From Turneriella sp. (lineage in GTDB: Bacteria > Spirochaetota > Leptospiria > Turneriellales > Turneriellaceae), in the NCBI GenBank assembly GCA_965279515.1, contig CBDIID010000003.1, forward strand, positions 3,968,001-4,032,000: 64,000 nucleotides of DNA, read 5' to 3'. This document shows, piece by piece, positions 58,209-64,000 of this stretch. Positions within the stretch are counted from its first letter, which is position 1; every line of letters begins with the position of its first letter. A program made the position numbers and the translations under genes. The notes beneath the pieces were generated by a model that had not been told where the DNA came from, ran no database searches, and was given only the letters and a program-made list of their open reading frames with translations.

Positions 58209-58409
58209 TTACTCCGTGCGGGTCTTTTCGCTGAATACCTGCCGGTTAAAAGATACTATCTTTTCCAGCAGCTCAACCACCTTTTCGCGCACCACGTACT
58301 TGGTGCCGTCTGTGAGCTTAATCACCGTATCGGGGGTCTCCTCAAAAATCTCAATGAGATTATGGTTGAGGTAAAAAACCTTGCCGTTTAGCCGTGAAAG
58401 CTCAATCAT
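58209..58409 (-). CDS. flbD: Flagellar FlbD family protein
   Basis: MIELSRLNG..FYLN..LIE..EETPDTVI.L.DG.KYVVRE. Confidence 0.9.
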   Translation of the reverse strand: MIELSRLNGKVFYLNHNLIEIFEETPDTVIKLTDGTKYVVREKVVELLEKIVSFNRQVFSEKTRTE

Positions 58410-58414
58410 ATTGT

Positions 58415-58466
58415 CCCGCTCCATGCGGGCCTGTTATTATGTCGGATGCTTCGGCGCAGCCTTTGA
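58415..58466 (-). promoter_or_regulatory. Putative sigma28 promoter and CsrA hairpin for flbD-fliL-fliY
   Basis: Minus strand CAAA-N15-TCCGACAT; CCCGC-ATGGA-GCGGG hairpin 5 nt before the ATG. Confidence 0.55.
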
Positions 58467-58517
58467 GTGAATAATTCTTAGCCTTTCCGCCGTCTCTCGC
58501 TTTCACGCCCTGTCGCC

Positions 58518-59900
58518 ATGTCTCTCCCTTATAGAAGGATTTTCCCTGTGTATACGGCACTTTTCGCGCTTACAGCCTGTGCCCTTTCCGCAGGGGGAAA
58601 TCCGCCCCCGGGCAAAACTTTCACCTCGCGGCCCATTGCAGCCGAAGGTGCGTGCAGGGCGACGGGCGCCGGCAAGACCTGCAAGGTCGCGTTTTTTCTG
58701 CAGCCCTATAAGGGCGCGCAGCTGGCCAGCGGGGGGATTGCCCTCGCGGCGAAATACTCGAAAATCGATAAAACGCAGGCTCTGGCCGACGTCACGCTCA
58801 AAGACCTCGCCACCGATACCGGCCAGAGCGTCATTACGGTGCAGCACCCGGCAACGGGCAGCATCCGCGAAATGATCGTGTCTTGGGTTGAAGTACCGCC
58901 CAAAACGCCGCCGCTTCTGGTGCTCGATACCCCCGCGCAAAAACACCGCTTTATGCGCCGCGTGCCAACGGGCAAGCAGCCCAAGAGCGCGATGTTTATC
59001 TCAGCGACGCAGGTTGTGCTCCCGCTTTTGGACGACAACCACAGTGAGGTCATCGATATTCTCACGGGCGAAGTGAAGCGCCTGACGATGCCGGCGAAGT
59101 ATGCGAAGAAGGGTGGCTTTGTCGAGAGCGTGCGCGTGCCGCCGCTCAAGGAATTCTGGGTGAGCCAGATGATGGCTTCAGCGATACACCGCTTCGACAC
59201 GGCGACGCTCGAATATAAAGGTTCGATCGATCTCACGGGTTCGTGGACCAAGGTTCTCGCTTACGACGCCGTGCGCAATGTCGTCTATGCCAGCAACTGG
59301 AACAGTTCGGATATTTCCGTAGTATCTGTCGCCGAACTCAAAGAAACCAAGCGCATCAAGATGAGCGGCGTGCCGCGTGGCATGGCCTTCTCATCGGACG
59401 GCAGTTATATGATCGCTGCCATCTTTGGCGGCAAATCAGACAGCGACGGCGGCGGCCGTACCGTGAAGATCGATCTCGAAACCCAGAAGGTTACCGGCAC
59501 TGTGATTGAAGGGGGCTCGCACCGGCATGCAGTGCGTCTCAAGGCAGGGCAAGACAACTTTGCCGTATCGGATATGGCGCGCAGCAAGGTCTATTTCATT
59601 GCCGACTACAAAAAGGCTTCGGAGATCAATGTCTATAAGAACCCGAATACCATCGCCGAATCGCCCGACGGCAAATATCTCTATGTCTCGTGCCGCGGGC
59701 GCAATAACCCGAAATCGTATCTGATCAAGGGACACGACTTCGGCCATCTCATGGTCATTGATCTTGCGACGCATAAGGTTGTCGAAGATATCGAAGCCGG
59801 TAACCAGCCAACGGGGCTCGATGTCTCGCCCGACGGCAAATATATTGTACTGACCGATTTTTTAGACCACGCGATGCGTGTGTACGAAAGGATGGAATAA
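58518..59900 (+). CDS. YncE/YVTN-like beta-propeller exported protein
   Basis: Signal peptide; PRGMAFSSDG, ESPDGKYLYVS, PTGLDVSPDGK repeats. Confidence 0.8.
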   Translation: MSLPYRRIFPVYTALFALTACALSAGGNPPPGKTFTSRPIAAEGACRATGAGKTCKVAFFLQPYKGAQLASGGIALAAKYSKIDKTQALADVTLKDLATDTGQSVITVQHPATGSIREMIVSWVEVPPKTPPLLVLDTPAQKHRFMRRVPTGKQPKSAMFISATQVVLPLLDDNHSEVIDILTGEVKRLTMPAKYAKKGGFVESVRVPPLKEFWVSQMMASAIHRFDTATLEYKGSIDLTGSWTKVLAYDAVRNVVYASNWNSSDISVVSVAELKETKRIKMSGVPRGMAFSSDGSYMIAAIFGGKSDSDGGGRTVKIDLETQKVTGTVIEGGSHRHAVRLKAGQDNFAVSDMARSKVYFIADYKKASEINVYKNPNTIAESPDGKYLYVSCRGRNNPKSYLIKGHDFGHLMVIDLATHKVVEDIEAGNQPTGLDVSPDGKYIVLTDFLDHAMRVYERME

Positions 59901-59941
59901 TTTTTTGACAGCATTACACGGTTTTTTTCGTATGTATCCAT

Positions 59942-60691
59942 ATGTCTGAAAAATTTTCTCCGCTCGCGCGTTTCGATTTCGGCCTCGCCTTTGAAGATGC
60001 CGGCAAAGGTTATGGCAGTAATGTCGCCATGGCTGCGCTCATTCTCTTCGTCGGCTCTTTGTTGATTATTGTTTCGGCGTTTACCGTTTTCGGTATTGTG
60101 TTCGCTTTACCCCACCTCGCCGCCGGTGTCGGTCTTGCAGGTTATTACATGACGAAAGGTAAGGTCCCGTTCAGCTCTCTATTTGTGGGTTTCCGGAAAT
60201 ACGGCCGCGTGCTCGGCGCCATGCTTATCGTTTGGGTAATTTTTATCGCCCTGACGCTGGTTTTTTCCGGGCCGTATTATTACCATCTTATTCTGGCTAT
60301 GTCGCCCGAAAGCGTTTCGGGTACCTCGGCGGAGCGCTTTGTGGCGGCGAGTTTAAGTCCCGAAGTGCAGCAATGGGCCAACTTGCAGTACCTCGCATAT
60401 CCGTTCCAGTTCTACCTGCAAGGGCGTCTGTTACCGCTCTTTCCGCTGCTGATCGACGAAGACCTGTCTGTCGGTGAGGCCTTTGCCACCAGCTGGTCGC
60501 TGACGTCAAAGACGCAATGGTACTTAATGCTGTTCATGTTGCTCGCGACGGTGATTTCCCTGGTTGCTTCGGTGGTCGGAATTATCGGGCTGATTGTCGG
60601 AATCTTTTTTACCCTGCCTTTTCCGATGGCATTGATCGGCGCCGCCACGAAGCAGCTCATGGCAGCAGGCCAACCTACCGAAAACGCTTAG
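59942..60691 (+). CDS. Integral membrane protein (DUF975-like)
   Basis: LFVGF..YGR, EAFATSWSLT, GIFFTLP. Confidence 0.65.
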   Translation: MSEKFSPLARFDFGLAFEDAGKGYGSNVAMAALILFVGSLLIIVSAFTVFGIVFALPHLAAGVGLAGYYMTKGKVPFSSLFVGFRKYGRVLGAMLIVWVIFIALTLVFSGPYYYHLILAMSPESVSGTSAERFVAASLSPEVQQWANLQYLAYPFQFYLQGRLLPLFPLLIDEDLSVGEAFATSWSLTSKTQWYLMLFMLLATVISLVASVVGIIGLIVGIFFTLPFPMALIGAATKQLMAAGQPTENA

Positions 60692-61695
60692 AGGCGTATA
60701 CCCGCGGCGAGCATCACGCCGACGCCTGTCAGTTTCGGCGACACAATGTTGCGCGAGCTGACCTGGATCAACGTCTCGTCACCGTCGGTGACATCGCGTG
60801 CCTCGGCCCAATAGACCGGTATGCTGATGAGAAAGCGTACCGCACCGAATTTATATGTCAGTTCGGGTTTAAAAACCAGCATCGGGTTCATGCTGGTGAG
60901 TATCTGCTCGTTTTCCGCCGGCCCCCCGACGATGGAGATCCGCAGCGCCGAATACAGCACGCCGGCGCCAAAGCCCAGGTTGATGCCCAACGGGCCATCG
61001 TTGATAAGCCGGTAATAAAACATAAAAGCCACGGGGAAAAACTGGCCGTTGACGTTGATGGTGCTCTGCACCGCCTGGCCTGCGGAACTCACTACCGCCG
61101 AGGTTTTTGGCAGGCCGGCATAGCCGATGCTTAGCCCTAAAATAAAATTTTCAAAGTTCAGGCGCGGCTCGGCAAAAAATTGCCAGTGTAAAGCTGCGGC
61201 GCCACCCGAAGAGGTGCTCGAAAAACCACTGCCGACCTGTTGATTATACCGTGTCACTAAAGACGCTGCATACTCCGATGTGTAGTTTCCAACCGTATCA
61301 TTGTTAGCGAAATGGCCAGCCATACCCGCAGTGATTTCAAATTCACGGCCGACCGCCGGCCCGGACTTAGAGGTAGAGCTCTGTGAGGGTGGTGGTTCTG
61401 GCTGGAAAAAGAAGTAATATTTCCCGGTGACCGTGCGTACAAAGATCAGATTCTCGGTCGCGAGCTTTTTATCTTCACCTGTCACCGGATCTTTGATGAG
61501 AATTTCTTTTTCGCCGATGCCCAAAACTTTTGCTTTGGTGATGTGGCCGGCATTGTCTGAGATCTCATCGAGTGTTTCAGCCGCTGGCGCCGGTGTTTCC
61601 GCTACGGCAGAGCCGGCTTTTGCCTTAGGTTTTTCTTTGGCGTTCAGAGCTGCAAGGCAAAAAAGGCACAAAAACAAGATGTTCAAGAATTTCAT
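60688..61695 (-). CDS. Hypothetical outer membrane protein
   Basis: Signal peptide ending LNA; beta-strand-rich C-terminal region ending AGIRL. Confidence 0.65.
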   Translation of the reverse strand: MKFLNILFLCLFCLAALNAKEKPKAKAGSAVAETPAPAAETLDEISDNAGHITKAKVLGIGEKEILIKDPVTGEDKKLATENLIFVRTVTGKYYFFFQPEPPPSQSSTSKSGPAVGREFEITAGMAGHFANNDTVGNYTSEYAASLVTRYNQQVGSGFSSTSSGGAAALHWQFFAEPRLNFENFILGLSIGYAGLPKTSAVVSSAGQAVQSTINVNGQFFPVAFMFYYRLINDGPLGINLGFGAGVLYSALRISIVGGPAENEQILTSMNPMLVFKPELTYKFGAVRFLISIPVYWAEARDVTDGDETLIQVSSRNIVSPKLTGVGVMLAAGIRL

Positions 61696-61755
61696 CCGCG
61701 TACCTCGGGTGTGTCCATGAGCGCGGGAAAGAATACACAGCGGTTCAGCATGGTT

Positions 61756-63486
61756 TCAGGCGATTTTTTCTGTGAGCAGGCTGCGTGCATGCGTCAGCGC
61801 TGATTCGGTGATGTTCTCCCCTGCGATCATACGGGCGATTTCCTGCAGGCGCTGCTCTTTGCTCAGGCGTGTGATGCGCGTGCCGTCTTCTTTATGTTTC
61901 GAGACCTTAAAGTGGCGCACTTCGTCGGGCGACAGGCCTGCGATCTGGTGCAGGTGGGTGATGACGAGAACCTGCGATGCGAGCGAAAGGCCGGCGAGCT
62001 TGCGCCCTACGGCTTCGGCGATGCGGCCGCCGACGCCGGCATCGACCTCGTCGAATACCATGGTATAGACAGGGTCTGTCTCAATGATGACTTTTTTGAT
62101 CGCAAGCATAATGCGGCTCATCTCGCCGCCCGAGGCAATTTTGCGCAAAGGGCGCAGCGTGTCGCGCGCAGAAGAGGCCATGAGAAACTCGACGATGTCG
62201 AGGCCAGTGGGTGCGATGACATACTTCTTCTCGGGAGAGGCTGACTGGGTGACAGTGCCGTCGTCGGCGTATTCCCAGCGGATCGAAATTTTGATCTGCG
62301 TCTCTTCCATGCCGAGCGCCTTCAGTTCTTGCTGTACCTTCTGCTCGAGTTCGAGCGAGGCGAGACGGCGTTTTTCAGACAGATACAGCGCCTTGTCTTT
62401 CATCTGCGCGTTTAACGTATCGATTTCTTTTCTCAGGCGCTCTTCTTCTCCCGAAGAAAGTTCGATGCCGGTAAGTTCGTTTTTGGCTTTGTCGAGATAA
62501 GCCTTCGCTTTCTCCAGTGAACCGCCATACTTGCGGCCCAGCGTCTGCAAGAGGCCAATACGCTCCCGCATCTCTTCGAGTTCTTCGGGGTTCAGTGAAT
62601 ACGATTCAGCCTTGGAGCGCACGAGGCGCGCGATTTCTTCGAGCGCATAATAACTTTCGCGGAATTGCGTGAGTATTTCTCCCAGCGATTCGTCATACTG
62701 CGAATCGGTTTCGAGCAGGCGTTCGATCGTGCCGCCGCGCGAAACAAAACCGCCTTCGCCGCCGAGAATCTGGTGGACGCTGTTGAGATCCGTAACAAGC
62801 GTTTCGGCGTTTGCGAGACTCTTCTCGCGGGTAATGAGTTCTTCGATTTCTCGCGGGTCGTCAATCTTCGCGGCCTCGAGCTCGCTGATCTCATGGCGCA
62901 AAATATCGACACGGCGCGCCTTGTCGTCTTCGCTGAGTGTCACGCTCGAAAGTTTCTGCCGGGCCTCTTCGCGCGCTTTATGTAACTTGCGCATTTCGCC
63001 GACGAGGTCGTTCAGGTGCGCGTAGCGGTCGAGAATCGAGCGGTGTGAGTCGACGCTGAGAATATTCTGGTGTTCATTCTGGCCGTGGATATCGACGAGA
63101 AATTTGCCGATCTCGCGCAAAACGGAAGAGGGTACCTGGCGGGCGTTGACAAAGCTGCGGCCCTTGCCCTCGACGTTGATCTCACGGCGCAGCAACAAAC
63201 TGCCTTCGTCGTCGTCGAGGCCCTGGTCGGCCAGTAGTGCACGCAATGCCTTTGCGCCCGCCCTTGTATCGGGCGGCATTGCAAAGGAGGCCTCTACCGT
63301 GGCGCGTTTTGAGCCCGAGCGTATCATGTCGGTCGTGGCCTTGTAACCCAGGACGAGGGAGAGCGCACCCAACAGGACAGATTTGCCCGCACCGGTTTCT
63401 CCCGTGATGAGGTTGAGCCCCGACCCAAACTGTATATTCAGCTCGCGGATGAGGGCGAAATCTTTAACCGTCAGAGATTCAAGCAT
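61756..63486 (-). CDS. recN: DNA repair protein RecN
   Basis: ITGETGAGKS, DIHGQNEHQ, IASGGEMSRIMLA, VFDEVDAGVGG, EIARMIAG. Confidence 0.96.
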   Translation of the reverse strand: MLESLTVKDFALIRELNIQFGSGLNLITGETGAGKSVLLGALSLVLGYKATTDMIRSGSKRATVEASFAMPPDTRAGAKALRALLADQGLDDDEGSLLLRREINVEGKGRSFVNARQVPSSVLREIGKFLVDIHGQNEHQNILSVDSHRSILDRYAHLNDLVGEMRKLHKAREEARQKLSSVTLSEDDKARRVDILRHEISELEAAKIDDPREIEELITREKSLANAETLVTDLNSVHQILGGEGGFVSRGGTIERLLETDSQYDESLGEILTQFRESYYALEEIARLVRSKAESYSLNPEELEEMRERIGLLQTLGRKYGGSLEKAKAYLDKAKNELTGIELSSGEEERLRKEIDTLNAQMKDKALYLSEKRRLASLELEQKVQQELKALGMEETQIKISIRWEYADDGTVTQSASPEKKYVIAPTGLDIVEFLMASSARDTLRPLRKIASGGEMSRIMLAIKKVIIETDPVYTMVFDEVDAGVGGRIAEAVGRKLAGLSLASQVLVITHLHQIAGLSPDEVRHFKVSKHKEDGTRITRLSKEQRLQEIARMIAGENITESALTHARSLLTEKIA

Positions 63487-63596
63487 CGTTTTTTGCAGAG
63501 ACGCAGAGTTCTGCGTCTCTACGCAATTAAGGTGCCGGACGCCGCGCAAAGAGTTTTTCCGTATTTGCAGAGTGTCTCCGCTTCCGAAAAAGCCAT

Positions 63597-64000
63597 GTGC
63601 GTTTTATCGACTTCGATGTGCAAAAGCCTGACTTCCAGACGCTGAAGGCGGCCGCAGAACTGCTCGCCGACGACTACCCGGTCGTGTTCCCGAGCGATAC
63701 CACGTATGGCATCCTCATGCGTTTTACGCCTGAAAATGCCCGGCGCCTGCACGCGATCCGCCGCGAAAATACCGACAAACCCTTTCTCGTGGTTGTCTCT
63801 GAAGATTTTGGCTGGCAGTCGCTCATTCAGGCGGATGCCCTGCCGCGGGAAAATCGGGCCGCCGTCGATGCGTATTGGCCCGGGGCGAATACGCTGGTTT
63901 TTACGAAAGCGCCGTCCCTCACATACCCCGCCGGAGATTCGATTGCCATCCGCATGCCGGCGCTTGAAAGCAATAAGGCATTCCACACCCTCATCCAGCT
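63597..64000 (+). CDS. tsaC: Threonylcarbamoyl-AMP synthase (Sua5/YrdC), cut off by the window end; absent from the ORF track
   Basis: Manual translation: VRFIDFD...VVFPSDTTYGI...DKPFLV...YWPGANTLVF...SIAIRMP. Confidence 0.85.
   Translation, partial: MRFIDFDVQKPDFQTLKAAAELLADDYPVVFPSDTTYGILMRFTPENARRLHAIRRENTDKPFLVVVSEDFGWQSLIQADALPRENRAAVDAYWPGANTLVFTKAPSLTYPAGDSIAIRMPALESNKAFHTLIQ

Noticed and set aside
63497..63520. Perfect inverted repeat before recN as a LexA/SOS box
   Set aside because: AGAGACGCAGA-GT-TCTGCGTCTCT does not match an SOS box I can name; function unsupported
63519..63986. 155-aa minus-strand ORF
   Set aside because: Antisense to the partial tsaC gene on the plus strand

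Overview
A gene-dense 64 kb chromosomal segment from a spirochete of the Leptospiraceae type. The assignment is inferred from gene content (periplasmic-type FlaB, FlbD/FliL/FliY, spirochetal lipoboxes, DUF1554/endostatin-like lipoproteins, SpoIIE-TPR protein); the moderately GC-rich codon style suggests a Turneriella-like organism, which I could not verify. Housekeeping genes (ecm/meaA, epmA, murI, lysC, purT, secG, glpX, sdhA, sdhC, recN, partial tsaC, one tRNA-CAT) alternate with accessory blocks. These are: an ATPase-less ABC-membrane-domain::HlyD fusion with TolC; a tandemly duplicated cassette after flaB (conserved non-coding leader, Cys-rich lipoprotein, covarying hairpin, endostatin-like lipoprotein, NarL/LuxR regulator or its remnant); a Fur-boxed heme uptake operon; a lipid-attack neighbourhood (AGMO-like hydroxylase, plant GLB3-like globin, neutral ceramidase, Zn-phospholipase C-like protein); a ybcL/ybcM-like module; and a class III cyclase operon lacking the usual purine-selecting Lys. 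The last two lie between sdhC and sdhA. An RlmD-like protein lacks both catalytic residues. No CRISPR array, rRNA, transposase, integrase or prophage gene was seen. All family calls come from motif recognition by eye, not database searches.
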